From Candidatus Zipacnadia bacterium (GTDB taxonomy: Bacteria > Armatimonadota > Zipacnadia > Zipacnadales > UBA5352), in the NCBI GenBank assembly GCA_029820945.1, contig JALGUJ010000003.1, forward strand, positions 6,873 through 70,872: DNA of 64,000 bases, in the 5' to 3' direction. The notes under the pieces are model-generated. The model was not told where the DNA came from. It saw nothing but the letters and a program-made list of their open reading frames with translations, and did no database searches. Shown here piece after piece: positions 28,815 to 39,457 of this stretch. Position 1 is the stretch's first letter, and the number at the start of each line of letters is the position of its first letter. Both the position numbers and the translations under genes were made by a program.

Positions 28815-30761
28815 TCACACCAGCAGCACCGCGTAGGTGTCAACATCGAGCACGTTGAGGGAGCCATCGCGGATGGCCTCGGTCCGCACATGCTCGTCGG
28901 GCGTCAGCAGCTCCATGTCAGGCCAGTATGGCTTCAGCCAGACGGCCAGGCGGATGTTGATCGGTGCGGCGCGATTGGTGTTGGCGTAGTTGAGCAGGTG
29001 GACGGCTATGCGGTCGTCGAGGGTGCGGTACGCGCCGACGCCGATGTACTCCCCCGCCGAAGCGACGACGGGAAGCCCGCGTGGAAGCGCGCGCAAGACC
29101 ACGGTCTCGATCTCCTCGTGCGCCTCCGGCAGGTAGGGGTAGAGCGGGCTCACCCTCCCCTCAGGTCCGGCGGGCGCGCGCTCGGGAGCGTTGGGCAGGT
29201 GGACGACGCGCTCGTGATCGTAGAGGTCCGCCAGGGCATCCACCGGGCGCTCGCGGTAGTGCTCGTCGAAGCGCCCCGGCTCTCCGGTGAGGAGCAGCAC
29301 CCCGCCGCCGTCGAGGTGCGCACGCAGCGCGGCGACCTCCGCGTCGCTCAGCAGCCGCTGGTTCGGCACGCAGAGCAGCTCCACGTCGAACTCCGTGCCG
29401 CCCTCGATCCCCAGGATCACGTCGAACGGGATCTGATGCTGCAGCAACACCTGCTCGAGGCCCTGCAGGTGGGCGAGGGCGATCTCGCGGTCAAAGTCGC
29501 AGGACGCGGGCGCGTAGAAGACGCCCACGTTCGCCAGCGACCTCGAGCCGACGTAGAGCTCCTCGTGCTCGGCGAGGAAGGTCATGTACCGGCGCAGAGC
29601 CGGGCCGCGCTGCGGGTCCTGGTAGAGCGTCCGGCCCTCTCTCCCCCAGGGCCGGTTGGCCCAGGTGGCGGGGAAGGGGTGGCCGCCGTAGCAGGCCGAC
29701 TCGGCGATGGAGAGCTTGACCTCCTGCGGGGTCTGCGGCGCGCGGTAGCCGCTCTCGTCGCGGATCCACGCCGTCACGAAGGTCGGCACATCCAGCGCCG
29801 AGCACTGCTTGATGTGGCGAGCGCAGCAGACCAGCCGCCCGTCCTCCTCGACCCGCGGCATCTCGTGGCTCTCCGAGGTCGCCAGGTCGAGGTAGTCGCC
29901 GACCCAGGGCATGATGCGATCGCGGTCCGGCCGGCTGAGCTGGGGGGCGTGCGGGTAGGTCGCGAAGATCGCGTCCTCCTTCACGGACTTGGCGTGCGCG
30001 TAGAGCTGGCGCAGGCGCCGGTGCATGGTCTCGCAGCGGAAGTGCAGCCATGCCTGATACATGGGATCGCGGCCGGCGATGTGTGGCGGCGGCAGCGCGT
30101 GGTCGAAGTGCGGCAGGCCGAACAGCTCGCGCTCCCGGCCCTCGTAACGCTCGCGCAGGAACTGTCTGAACGCCGCCACGCAGCGGTCGCAGTAGCACGA
30201 GTAGGTGGTCCCGTCCCACTCGACGCCGTCGAGGCCGACCTCGGTCAGCCCATGCGTGATGACGCGCTTGAGGTAGTCGATGAAGGTGTCGCTGGTCAGG
30301 TCGCCCTGCCAGCGGAAGTAGCCGCTCCCCCCGTAGTAACGTCGGGCGCCGTCGGGGCCGTACTGCACGTGGCTCTCCAGGTCCAGGATCTCGTCCAGCA
30401 TCGCCTCGGGGTAGACGGTGGTCATCTGGCAGTAGCCGAGCACGTGGATGCCGTGCGCATGGCAAAGCTCCACCAGCTCTCGCGCGCGCTCCTGCTGCTC
30501 GACCTCGGCCTGCAGGCCGAAGCCCTTGTAGTAGTGCGTGGTGATCAGGTTGATGCCCATCTCGGCCATCGCGGAGACGTGCTCCTCGGAGTGCAGGTAG
30601 TCCCACCATGCCGGCGCCCAGATCGCCCGTCCGTTGACGCCACCCGAGGTGCTGCCGGCGCGCACGTACATCTCCGGCGGCTCCCATCCGCCCCACGCCC
30701 AGCGGATCCTGCCGCGCTCGAACCAGTCCGGCAGCCGTCCCGGCTTCGTCCACGACTCCAT
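28815..30761 (-). CDS. Putative glycoside hydrolase (TIM barrel + beta-galactosidase trimerisation-like domain)
   Basis: ELVELCHAHGIHVLGY, GLDGVEWDG, CYCDRCVAAFR, ANVGVFY, HQIPFDVI, RIAVHLLNY. Confidence 0.6.
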   Translation of the reverse strand: MESWTKPGRLPDWFERGRIRWAWGGWEPPEMYVRAGSTSGGVNGRAIWAPAWWDYLHSEEHVSAMAEMGINLITTHYYKGFGLQAEVEQQERARELVELCHAHGIHVLGYCQMTTVYPEAMLDEILDLESHVQYGPDGARRYYGGSGYFRWQGDLTSDTFIDYLKRVITHGLTEVGLDGVEWDGTTYSCYCDRCVAAFRQFLRERYEGRERELFGLPHFDHALPPPHIAGRDPMYQAWLHFRCETMHRRLRQLYAHAKSVKEDAIFATYPHAPQLSRPDRDRIMPWVGDYLDLATSESHEMPRVEEDGRLVCCARHIKQCSALDVPTFVTAWIRDESGYRAPQTPQEVKLSIAESACYGGHPFPATWANRPWGREGRTLYQDPQRGPALRRYMTFLAEHEELYVGSRSLANVGVFYAPASCDFDREIALAHLQGLEQVLLQHQIPFDVILGIEGGTEFDVELLCVPNQRLLSDAEVAALRAHLDGGGVLLLTGEPGRFDEHYRERPVDALADLYDHERVVHLPNAPERAPAGPEGRVSPLYPYLPEAHEEIETVVLRALPRGLPVVASAGEYIGVGAYRTLDDRIAVHLLNYANTNRAAPINIRLAVWLKPYWPDMELLTPDEHVRTEAIRDGSLNVLDVDTYAVLLV

Positions 30762-30922
30762 CGTGATGGCCTCCTCGGCACGCTCTAAGTCGCAACACAG
30801 TCACGAGCCCCATTTCCGCGCCGGCAGGCCCGATTCCTGTCATTGTCGGCTCGCCGGCAGGGATGCGTGAGCCGACGCGAGAATACTGGCGCAACTTCAT
30901 CACGCTGCGAGGTCGTGGGATC

Positions 30923-33900
30923 ATGTCGCGTCTCACGCGATGGTTGGGGCTACTGGTCGCGCTCTCGTTGTGCTCGCCGCTTCGCGCGCAGGGCGAGCAG
31001 GTGCTGGCGAACCCGGGCTTCGAGCAGCTCGACGACGCCGGCCGACCGTCCGGCTGGCAGGTGGACGAGGGCCTGCAGGTGCTGGGCGGAGCGGACGTGG
31101 TCGGCGGCGAGCACGCGGTTCGCGTCCGCTACCAGAGCGGCCTGCGGCAGGATCTGAGGGTCCAGGCGGGTGAGATCTACCGCATTGAGGGCTCCACGCG
31201 TCGCCCGCCGGGCGAGGCGCCACTGACCGGGCGTGTCCTGATCCGCTGGCTCGACGATGACGGCGCGAAGGTCAGGGGCAACACGGACTACCACCACACC
31301 GCAGGCACCGAGTGGGCGCGCTTCACGCACATCATCTCCATCCCCGACGGCTGCACGCACATTCACCTCGTGGTCGATGGCCCCTACCAGACCGCGGACT
31401 GGTTCGACTTCGACGAGCTGAGCATGGTGCGCACCAGCCGGCTGGCCTCCATCGACACGCGGGCTCTTGAGGCGTGCAGCAGGCCCCTGAGGGCCGTGCG
31501 CGTTGCCGACTGCGGTTCCTTCGCGCTGCTCCGACTTCCCGGGTCGATGGAGGCGCCCTACGACGGCAAGGTGGAGACCTTCGCCACCATGAGCCCATAC
31601 GTGGAGCGCCCCAACCCGCACACCGAGGTGGACTTCGACTTCACCTTCCACCGGCCCGAGGAGGTCGACCTCTGCCTGATCCACACCGTCGCCGATCCTC
31701 TCGAGCGCGCGACCCTTCTCGCGGACGTTGACGGCCGGTGGCGCGAGGTCGCACGCATCGAGAACGGTCTGCGCACGCTGCTGGCGGCCAGCTTCGACCC
31801 GGTCGAGACCCGGTGCATGCGACTGCGCATCCACAAGCGGCCTGAGGATGAGACCATCAGCCTCAATGAAGTGCAGTTCTTCGGGCCTGGGACCGGGGGA
31901 ATCGACGACCTGGCGGCGCTGCAGCGGGCCCAGGCGCCGCCCCAGGACTTCGCCGAGGTGCTGGAGCACGCGAGCGGCTCGGGCGGGCCCGCCGCTGTCG
32001 CGGTCGAGGGTGGCGGTGGCGGGGAGGTGGACCTGCGGGCCGGTCACACGGTGGAGATACTGCTGCCGCGAGCGGAGACAGAGGTCGGCCTTGATCGAGT
32101 GGCGGCCAGCCTGGCCTGTGAGGGCAGTGAGCCGGGCCGCGCCGTCGAGGTCGCGCTGATGTCGCCGAATACCCGGGACCGGAACATCCGCTCCATCCAC
32201 CTCGGGGACCGCGTGCTGACGGGGAGGCACGCTCGAGGGCTGAGCGCGCCGCCGAACATCGACCTGCGGGCGTTGGCGCGCATCGTGGTGCCCCTCGTTC
32301 CGGGCGAGCAGAACGCAGTGGCCAGCATCGACGTGGACATTCCGGACATGATCGTCCGGCCGGGCGAGCGCGTGTGGCTGCGCGTCACGCCGCTGCAGGA
32401 TGAGACGGTGCTGCTGGACGAGAGCGGCGCCGCTGCGGTGGAGATACCCGCAGAAGAGGCGCTCCCGGAGTACCTGCCCGACCTGGAGCGCATTCTGCGG
32501 CGCGCCTACGCGCAGTGCTCCGAGGCGCACGTGTACGACGGCGCGCAGGGCATGCGCGAGGCGATGGCCCTGGTGCGGCTGCTACGCGAGGTGCAGGCGC
32601 TCGACCCCGACAACGAGGCCGCGCGCAGGATCGAGCACCGCATCTTCCGCACGCGCGAGCGCGTCGAACTCGAACGCCCCGGGCCCGTCGACGCGCCGGA
32701 CTGGGCGGTCTGGCAGCGCAGGCTCCTGCAGGAGTACACGCGGATCGTGCACTGGTGGATCGACACCCGCCAGATCTCGACTGGGGAGCTGGGCGGGGCG
32801 TGGGCGGACGATACTGAGCTGTCATGCGAGTGGGCCTTCCTGCCGCTGGCGACCGGGGACGAGAAGGTGCGGGACTCGCTGGCGCTGGTCGCGGAAGGGG
32901 TCTGGAAGGTCGTCGGCGAGGGCGGCTACAGCCCTCGCACGATGGACGCCGAGCACGCGGCGGAGTACGTGACGCTCTCGCAGCCGCAGATGATGCTCCT
33001 CGATTACGGGGACCCCCTGTACATCGAGCGCTGCATGCGCATGATCAAGCACATGGAGTGGTGGACGCTCATCAACGAGCAGGGGCACCGCCACTTCCGC
33101 TCGTACATGTTCAACGCGACCTCAATCGACGACAGCGAGGGCCATGACTTCGACCACGTGCACACCGCCTACGCGGCCAAGCCCGGCTTCTACGCCGCGT
33201 GGTACTCGGCGAACGAGCAGCCGCGCGGATGGCTGACCGAGTGGGCGTGGGGCTGGCACGCGGCGGCGATGAGCACAGACAAGGGCAAGCCCGCAGGCGC
33301 CATCCCGTACGACGTGCACGCGAGGACCGGTGAGATCGCGCCGTACACCGACCGCTGGGACCGCAGCGCCTACATGAACGACGGCCTCAGCCAGGTGAAG
33401 GACCTCTTCATCGGCGCGTGGGACTGGACGGGCGATCCGGCCGTCCTTGAGCCTCTCCGCTACCATCAGGGCGGCGGGCGCGCCGCGGACATGACATGGC
33501 GCATGCTCTCGGGCGATACGGCTCGCGACGAGCAGATCATCGAGAGCGCCGAGCGGATGATCGAGGAGAACCAGAGGCTGAACGGGAGCGATGAGGAGAA
33601 CTCGTGGTCGGCCTACAACATGTACAGCGAGCTCCGCTACTACTGGGCCTGGTGGGCGACCGGCGAGATGCGGTATCTGGTGGAGGGCCTGCAGGAGCAG
33701 TGCCGCAACATCGAGCGGATGCGCTGGCTCATCACCGAGGCCGAGCCCTACACCGACCGGGCGTACATCCCCGGCGACCGCCTGCTCCCCTTCATGATGC
33801 TGGGCGGCAGCGCGGGCGAGGTGCGCGCGACCTACCCCGACCTGGCGGTGAGCTGGGAACGGCTGTGGAGGCGGGAAGAGCCGCAAGCCCGGCTCCGGGA

Positions 33901-34501
33901 GGGCACCGGCACCGACGTCGCAACGCTCGTCACCGAGCGCACGGCCGAGGCATTCACCGTGCTGGCGCACTCCTTCGCGGACGCACCCCTCGCCGTGGTC
34001 ATGCGCACCTGGAGCGTCCCCGCGGGGCACTGGGCGGTCACGCTCGGGATCGATACGGACGCGGACGGATTCGCAGACGAGACGCTCGGCGAGCGCCACG
34101 TCGAGCTGTTCCGCTATGCGGCGCTGCCGATCACGCTCCGGCCTGGTGTCACGACGGTCATTACGGCACGGCTGATCGAGCCCGGCGAGGACATCAGGGC
34201 CCGAGCGGACCTCGCGATCTCCGAGCGCGACCTTCGACGCGAGGGCGATCAGATCGCGGTCACCGTGCACAACATCGGGGCGAGCGACGTGCCTGCGGGT
34301 GTGCAGGTCGTCGCCGAGGATGCCGACGGTCGGGCAGTCGAGACCATCACTCTCCCGGCGATCCCGGCGCCGGTCAGATGCGTTCCGAGCACGGTCGAGG
34401 TGCGACTCGGGGCCGCGAAGCTCGCCCGGATCAGGCTTGATGCGGACGACACCGTGCCTGAGATCACTGAGTGCAACAACGAGCTGGCGGTCAGACCGTA
34501 G
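30923..34501 (+). CDS. Large secreted protein (N-terminal CBM4/9-like, putative alpha/alpha catalytic core, C-terminal CARDB)
   Basis: Signal peptide; LANPGFE; GELGGAWADD; C-terminal ADLAIS...VTVHNIG...EITECNN. Confidence 0.65.
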   Translation: MSRLTRWLGLLVALSLCSPLRAQGEQVLANPGFEQLDDAGRPSGWQVDEGLQVLGGADVVGGEHAVRVRYQSGLRQDLRVQAGEIYRIEGSTRRPPGEAPLTGRVLIRWLDDDGAKVRGNTDYHHTAGTEWARFTHIISIPDGCTHIHLVVDGPYQTADWFDFDELSMVRTSRLASIDTRALEACSRPLRAVRVADCGSFALLRLPGSMEAPYDGKVETFATMSPYVERPNPHTEVDFDFTFHRPEEVDLCLIHTVADPLERATLLADVDGRWREVARIENGLRTLLAASFDPVETRCMRLRIHKRPEDETISLNEVQFFGPGTGGIDDLAALQRAQAPPQDFAEVLEHASGSGGPAAVAVEGGGGGEVDLRAGHTVEILLPRAETEVGLDRVAASLACEGSEPGRAVEVALMSPNTRDRNIRSIHLGDRVLTGRHARGLSAPPNIDLRALARIVVPLVPGEQNAVASIDVDIPDMIVRPGERVWLRVTPLQDETVLLDESGAAAVEIPAEEALPEYLPDLERILRRAYAQCSEAHVYDGAQGMREAMALVRLLREVQALDPDNEAARRIEHRIFRTRERVELERPGPVDAPDWAVWQRRLLQEYTRIVHWWIDTRQISTGELGGAWADDTELSCEWAFLPLATGDEKVRDSLALVAEGVWKVVGEGGYSPRTMDAEHAAEYVTLSQPQMMLLDYGDPLYIERCMRMIKHMEWWTLINEQGHRHFRSYMFNATSIDDSEGHDFDHVHTAYAAKPGFYAAWYSANEQPRGWLTEWAWGWHAAAMSTDKGKPAGAIPYDVHARTGEIAPYTDRWDRSAYMNDGLSQVKDLFIGAWDWTGDPAVLEPLRYHQGGGRAADMTWRMLSGDTARDEQIIESAERMIEENQRLNGSDEENSWSAYNMYSELRYYWAWWATGEMRYLVEGLQEQCRNIERMRWLITEAEPYTDRAYIPGDRLLPFMMLGGSAGEVRATYPDLAVSWERLWRREEPQARLREGTGTDVATLVTERTAEAFTVLAHSFADAPLAVVMRTWSVPAGHWAVTLGIDTDADGFADETLGERHVELFRYAALPITLRPGVTTVITARLIEPGEDIRARADLAISERDLRREGDQIAVTVHNIGASDVPAGVQVVAEDADGRAVETITLPAIPAPVRCVPSTVEVRLGAAKLARIRLDADDTVPEITECNNELAVRP

Positions 34502-34642
34502 CTGGCCGCTTCGGCCCCCGGCCTTTCGCTGTGGCCCCGATCCGGTTATCATGAGCCTGTCCGCCCGTCGGCGCCGCCGCGTAGAGCTCTCGCCTGCTCC
34601 TGTGGGTCGCCGACCCGATTGCTTCTGGTCCCGGCTGATGCC

Positions 34643-36493
34643 ATGAAACGAATCATCGTCGCCAACTCCGCACTCGCCTACCCCCCGCCACCCGAGAGTG
34701 TCCTGCAGCCGGGCGACGCTGTGCTGCCTCTGGTCGAGCGCTTCGAGGACGCCCTGTTCATGTCACTGCCCGGCTACGAGCTGCAGGAGCGCTTCCCCGA
34801 GTGGAACCTGGAGGTGCGGGCGCTGGCGAGGTCGCTGGGCGATCTGCTGCCCGAGTGGGTGACCCGTCCCGTGCCGGCCTGGGGGCACTCGGCATGGGAC
34901 ACCGCGGTGGATCACTTCGTCAAGTACTCCCTCGGGCCCATCCTCTGCAACGCCGAGCTTGCCCGCCAGGCCGCGCGCAACGAACCGGACGAGGTGGTGG
35001 CGTGGGAGCTGCCGCATCGTGCCGGCTGGTGGTCGGGGCGCGAGCTGGTCGCCGACGTCGCGCACGCCATAGCAGCCGAGTCCGGCGCACACCTCGAGCT
35101 GCGCACTGCGAGCTGGCGACGGGCCGTGCGGGATCTGGTCCAGCCCGGCCTCTCCCTGGCGCATGGGATCGGCTACTTCCGCCGCGCGAGGTCGGCTCCG
35201 GGGCCCGAGCCCACTGAATGCGACGTGCTCATCGCGATCACCGGGCCCACGGTCGTGCCGTTGTTCGACCGGGTGGCTCGTAGGCTGCAGGACGAGCACG
35301 ACCTGCGCGTGCAGGGCATCGACGTGCCGATCGAGGGGCCGGGCGCGATGATCCGTGAGGGTGAGCTCCCGCGCGCGAGTCTGCATGCGCTGCTCGACGG
35401 TGGCCTTCTACGCCGGGGCGCGATGGACGCCGTGGCCGGAGCGCGCACGACTGGAGGCCTGAGCCGGGCGCTGGCGGGGTTCGAGCCGCTGCGCGACCTC
35501 CCGGCGCCCCTGCGATCGGCGCTGGTCAGACGGCTGCGCGCGACGCTGGCGCGCACCGTCCCCGAGTGCCTGCTGCACGCCCGGCTGTGGGAGCGCGCGC
35601 TCGACGCCGCGCGCCCCTCGGTGTTCGCGGGTTACAACGCCTACGGCGTGCCCCTGGCGCCGGGGGTGCTGCAGGCGCGCCATCGCGGCATCCCGGCGGT
35701 GATGCTCCAGCACGGGATGTTCGGCACCTACTTCAAGGCCGGGGCCCTGCTACCATATGACGAGCTCATGGTCCTCGGCCCATACGCACGCGAGGTACTC
35801 GCCCCGCTTGCGAGCCGCCACACGAGCTTCTTTGAGACGGGCCACTCCCAGTTCGACGATCTTTGCCAAGAACCAGAGCTGGGGCGCGAAGCGGCTGCGT
35901 TGCGGAAAGAGCTTCTGAAGGAACACAAGCACCTCGTACTCGCGACCACCCAGCCCATCGAGGTGCGCCTGCGAGAGAACGAGTCACGCTGGTGGCTGGA
36001 GCTGCTGGGGGAAGCGTGTCGCGGCGAGCAGGCACTGCTGGCCATAAAGCCCCATCCAGACGAGAATGCCATGCTGGTGCACTACCGAGAGATCGCCGAG
36101 CGCATGCCCGATACGGTGCGCGTGATTCGCCACGGAGAGGTGCCACTGAGGCTCTTGATCGCGGCATGCGACCTGCTTGCAACCAGGTTCTCAACGACAG
36201 CAGTGGAGGCCGCGCTGCTCAGCACGCCCGTCATGACGGTGAACCTCGGCGGCGGGGCCGATCGGTATCCCTACGTTGACGAAGGTGCTGCCGAGGGCGT
36301 ATACTCGCCCCAGGAGATGTACCCTACGTTGCACAGGCTGCTATCCGAGCCCCAGGCCCGCCGAGGTCTGATCGCGGGCCAACGACGGTTCCTCGACCGC
36401 CACCTCGGGTTTCGGGATGGCAGAGCCACCGAGCGCATCGCCTCCCGTATCGCCCTTTGGGCCGGAGGCAAGGGCTCGACCCGACAAGGGTGA
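34643..36493 (+). CDS. GT-B fold surface-glycan protein (CDP-glycerol glycerophosphotransferase/capsule biosynthesis-like)
   Basis: MLQHG, ETGHSQFD, LATTQP, IKPHP, CDLLATRFSTTAVEAALL, DGRATERI. Confidence 0.7.
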   Translation: MKRIIVANSALAYPPPPESVLQPGDAVLPLVERFEDALFMSLPGYELQERFPEWNLEVRALARSLGDLLPEWVTRPVPAWGHSAWDTAVDHFVKYSLGPILCNAELARQAARNEPDEVVAWELPHRAGWWSGRELVADVAHAIAAESGAHLELRTASWRRAVRDLVQPGLSLAHGIGYFRRARSAPGPEPTECDVLIAITGPTVVPLFDRVARRLQDEHDLRVQGIDVPIEGPGAMIREGELPRASLHALLDGGLLRRGAMDAVAGARTTGGLSRALAGFEPLRDLPAPLRSALVRRLRATLARTVPECLLHARLWERALDAARPSVFAGYNAYGVPLAPGVLQARHRGIPAVMLQHGMFGTYFKAGALLPYDELMVLGPYAREVLAPLASRHTSFFETGHSQFDDLCQEPELGREAAALRKELLKEHKHLVLATTQPIEVRLRENESRWWLELLGEACRGEQALLAIKPHPDENAMLVHYREIAERMPDTVRVIRHGEVPLRLLIAACDLLATRFSTTAVEAALLSTPVMTVNLGGGADRYPYVDEGAAEGVYSPQEMYPTLHRLLSEPQARRGLIAGQRRFLDRHLGFRDGRATERIASRIALWAGGKGSTRQG

Positions 36494-39415
36494 ATGGCTG
36501 CGATGGGATCGACGCGCGAGACTCTCAAGGTGCTCATCGCACGCGTTTGTGGCGACTTGATGCCGGACGCCGTCCCAGACGAGGCCCGACTGGGCGATCC
36601 GGCTCAATGGGATTCGCTGGCACACGTCGCACTGATGACGCTTATAGAGGAGACCTTCGGCAGGCCCGTCGGCCCGGTGGAAATGGCGGGCCTGACATCA
36701 CTTGAGGAGATTGAGCGCTGGCTCGCACGCGCGAGCGGCGCGGAGGTGTCCTCGCCGGCGCCGACGAGGCCTGAGGTCGCTGACGCGCTCCGGTCCGTCG
36801 GCCTCGCGGCAGGGGACCTGGTGATGGTGCATGCCTTCACTGCCGCGCTGGGCATCACAGCGCGCGCAGACCGCGTCCTTATCGACGCGTTGCTCGACGT
36901 CCTCGGTCCCGAACGCACACTGGTACTGCCTGCATTCACCTACTCGTTCTGCCAAACAGGGATCTTCGAGCCTGATCGTTCACCGTCTGAGGTCGGCATC
37001 GCGGCCGACACGCTCCGTCGGGAGTACTCCGGCCTGCGCAGCCGGTGTCCTATCTTCTCCGTCGTGGCGGTCGGACCGCTCGCGCCTGAGATCGGCGCGC
37101 TGCGTCCCGAGACGACCTTCGGTCCGGACAGCATCTTCGGCCTGATGCTGGAACGGCAGGGGAAGCTCTGCGCCATCGGTGTTGGCTATGACCGGGTCAC
37201 CTTCAACCACTACGTCGAGGAGGAGCTGCAAGTCCCCTACCGCTACTGGAAGCGGTTCGAGGGGGTAATCAGGAGTGGTGGGAGGGACGAACCGGTTGGC
37301 GTCGATTACTACGTGCGAAGCCTCGATCCTGAGGCCGAGCAGGACTTCATGCCGGCACATCGGCTGGTGTCGGGCCAGAGCTTCTCAGGACATGCGACGG
37401 TGGGCGGCGCGCAGATACACTGCGCTCCCGCTCAGGACTACCATCGTGTGCTCCGAGGCGCAATGGACGCAGACCCCCTGCTGTTGCTTACTCCTCAGGC
37501 CCGGCGGCACTGGGATGGCGACCAGGCCCCACGGAAGGTCGCGGGTCTACGCGACGACCCGGGCGACGCGCGCGATGAGTTCGCGACCGCCCGAAGGCTC
37601 GCGGAGGCGCTGGCCGCGGACGGTGAGCCCGCGGAGGCGCATCGGGTATTGGTCGAGGCCGCAGCAGCCGCGGGCGACTACGCGACGCTGACCGGCGCGT
37701 GCCGGTGGGCACGCAGACTCCTGCCCGTGGCAGAGGCTAACCAAGTCGCACCAGTGAAGGTGTCCTGGACGGGCTCGGCGACGCTCCATCCGCTCGCCGA
37801 GGCCTGTGAGACCTACGTTCGCGCCTCAGGGATCATACCCGAGACGATCGTCGGTGAGTTCGGCCAGTTCCGCGGGGAGTTGGCTGAAGCCGCAAGCGAT
37901 GCGGACGTGATCTTCGTACGGGTAGCACCGGAGGCGCTCCGGCCTGAGCTTGACGGATGGCGCTACGGTGGGGGCGATCCCCAGATCGCACGTGCTGCGG
38001 CGCGGGAGCTATGTGTGCTTGTGCAGCGGTGGCTCGAGGATTGCCAAGGACACGCGGTGATCCATCTGACGACGCCGTGGCACCACTCGGCGATGGGCCT
38101 CGCGGACAGCCAGCTCGCCGACGGGTCGCGGGCAGTCGCCGCCACGTTCAACACTGAGCTGGTGGAGTGCGCAGTTGACCATGTCCGGCTTCATGTGCTT
38201 GACGAGACGCCGGTGGTGCTCCAGACTCGCGGGCGCGCCTACGACGCGGACCTGTACTACCACGCGGGCATCGACCTGTCGGGGCCTGCGATCGCAGCGG
38301 TGGGGCGTGAGGCGGCGCGATTCGTTGTCGCGACGCGTCGGCCGCCGGTCAAGTGCATCGTGACCGACCTGGACAACACCCTATGGGGTGGAACAGTCGG
38401 TGAGGACGGCGTCAACGGCCTCTCACTCGCCGGCGAGTACCCTGGCGAGGCGCACCGAGAGCTGCAGCGCTGGCTGCTGGCGCATCACAGGGCCGGAATC
38501 TTGCTCGCGATCTGCAGCAAGAACGAGCGGTCGGACGGCCTGGCGCCCTTCCAGCAGCGTCCCGACATGATTCTGAGCCCCGAACACTTCGCGGCGATCA
38601 GCATCGACTGGCGCCCCAAGCCCAGCCGCATCCTGGAGATCGCGCAGGAGTTGAATATCGGCGTGGACTCGGTCGCATTCATCGACGACTCGCCCTTCGA
38701 GCGGGCGGCGGTGCGCGAGGCTCTGCCAGAGATCACCGTGCCCGAGCTGCCGCGGCACGTATCCCGGTGGATCGAGCATTTGTCCGAGCTCCACCTTTCC
38801 GACATGCTGCTCCTGACCGAGGAGGATCGGCGGCGGGCCTCGATGTACGCTGAGCAGCGCAAGCGAGAGCACCTCGCAGAGACCGTCGAGGACATGACGG
38901 CATTCCTGAACGGCCTCGGCAGCGTGGCGGCCCTGCATTTCGATGACCCGGCGATCGTGGCCCGGACGGCTCAGCTCTGCGCCCGGACGAATCAGTTCAA
39001 CCTCAGCTCGCGGCGTCACTCCGAAGGGCAGATCTCCCGGTTCATCGACGACGAGAGTGCCCGAGTCATCCAGATGTCCGCCGGCGACCGCTTCGGGGAA
39101 CTCGGCGTAGTCGGAATCGCTATTGTGCTCGGGGCCGGAGAGACCGCTGAGCTGGATACGTTGCTTCTGAGCTGCCGGGCACTTGGCCGAGGTCTTGAGC
39201 ACGCGCTGCTTTCGGAGGCCTGGCGTGTGGCGAGCGATGAGCTGGGGGCGACGACACTACTCGCACAGTGGCTCGACAACGGTCGCAACGGACAGGTGCG
39301 CGAGTTCATGGAGGCAGTTGGTGCACACGCGGAGCACGTGACGGGCGAGTCCGTCACCTACCGTATTGAGCGCCCTGTTGACTGGCCCGAGCACATCGAG
39401 CGCGCCGAGGCTTGA
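36494..39415 (+). CDS. Triple fusion: acyl carrier protein + AAC(3)-family N-acyltransferase + FkbH (HAD-IIIC) glyceryl transferase/phosphatase
   Basis: ACP WDSLAHV; AAC(3) VMVH, TLVLPAFTYSF, SEVG, TFNHYVEE, VPYRYWK; FkbH KCIVTDLDNTLWGG, CSKN, FIDDSPFER, RTNQFN, LLSCRALGR. Confidence 0.88.
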   Translation: MAAMGSTRETLKVLIARVCGDLMPDAVPDEARLGDPAQWDSLAHVALMTLIEETFGRPVGPVEMAGLTSLEEIERWLARASGAEVSSPAPTRPEVADALRSVGLAAGDLVMVHAFTAALGITARADRVLIDALLDVLGPERTLVLPAFTYSFCQTGIFEPDRSPSEVGIAADTLRREYSGLRSRCPIFSVVAVGPLAPEIGALRPETTFGPDSIFGLMLERQGKLCAIGVGYDRVTFNHYVEEELQVPYRYWKRFEGVIRSGGRDEPVGVDYYVRSLDPEAEQDFMPAHRLVSGQSFSGHATVGGAQIHCAPAQDYHRVLRGAMDADPLLLLTPQARRHWDGDQAPRKVAGLRDDPGDARDEFATARRLAEALAADGEPAEAHRVLVEAAAAAGDYATLTGACRWARRLLPVAEANQVAPVKVSWTGSATLHPLAEACETYVRASGIIPETIVGEFGQFRGELAEAASDADVIFVRVAPEALRPELDGWRYGGGDPQIARAAARELCVLVQRWLEDCQGHAVIHLTTPWHHSAMGLADSQLADGSRAVAATFNTELVECAVDHVRLHVLDETPVVLQTRGRAYDADLYYHAGIDLSGPAIAAVGREAARFVVATRRPPVKCIVTDLDNTLWGGTVGEDGVNGLSLAGEYPGEAHRELQRWLLAHHRAGILLAICSKNERSDGLAPFQQRPDMILSPEHFAAISIDWRPKPSRILEIAQELNIGVDSVAFIDDSPFERAAVREALPEITVPELPRHVSRWIEHLSELHLSDMLLLTEEDRRRASMYAEQRKREHLAETVEDMTAFLNGLGSVAALHFDDPAIVARTAQLCARTNQFNLSSRRHSEGQISRFIDDESARVIQMSAGDRFGELGVVGIAIVLGAGETAELDTLLLSCRALGRGLEHALLSEAWRVASDELGATTLLAQWLDNGRNGQVREFMEAVGAHAEHVTGESVTYRIERPVDWPEHIERAEA

Positions 39416-39457
39416 GCACAATGTGAGCGAGCATACGGCCGGGCCCCGGGAGGCCAG

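Noticed and set aside
36750-37500. AAC(3) domain as an aminoglycoside resistance gene
   Set aside because: It is fused between ACP and FkbH and flanked by GT-B and DUF4910 genes, a biosynthetic glycan-acylation context with no mobile element.
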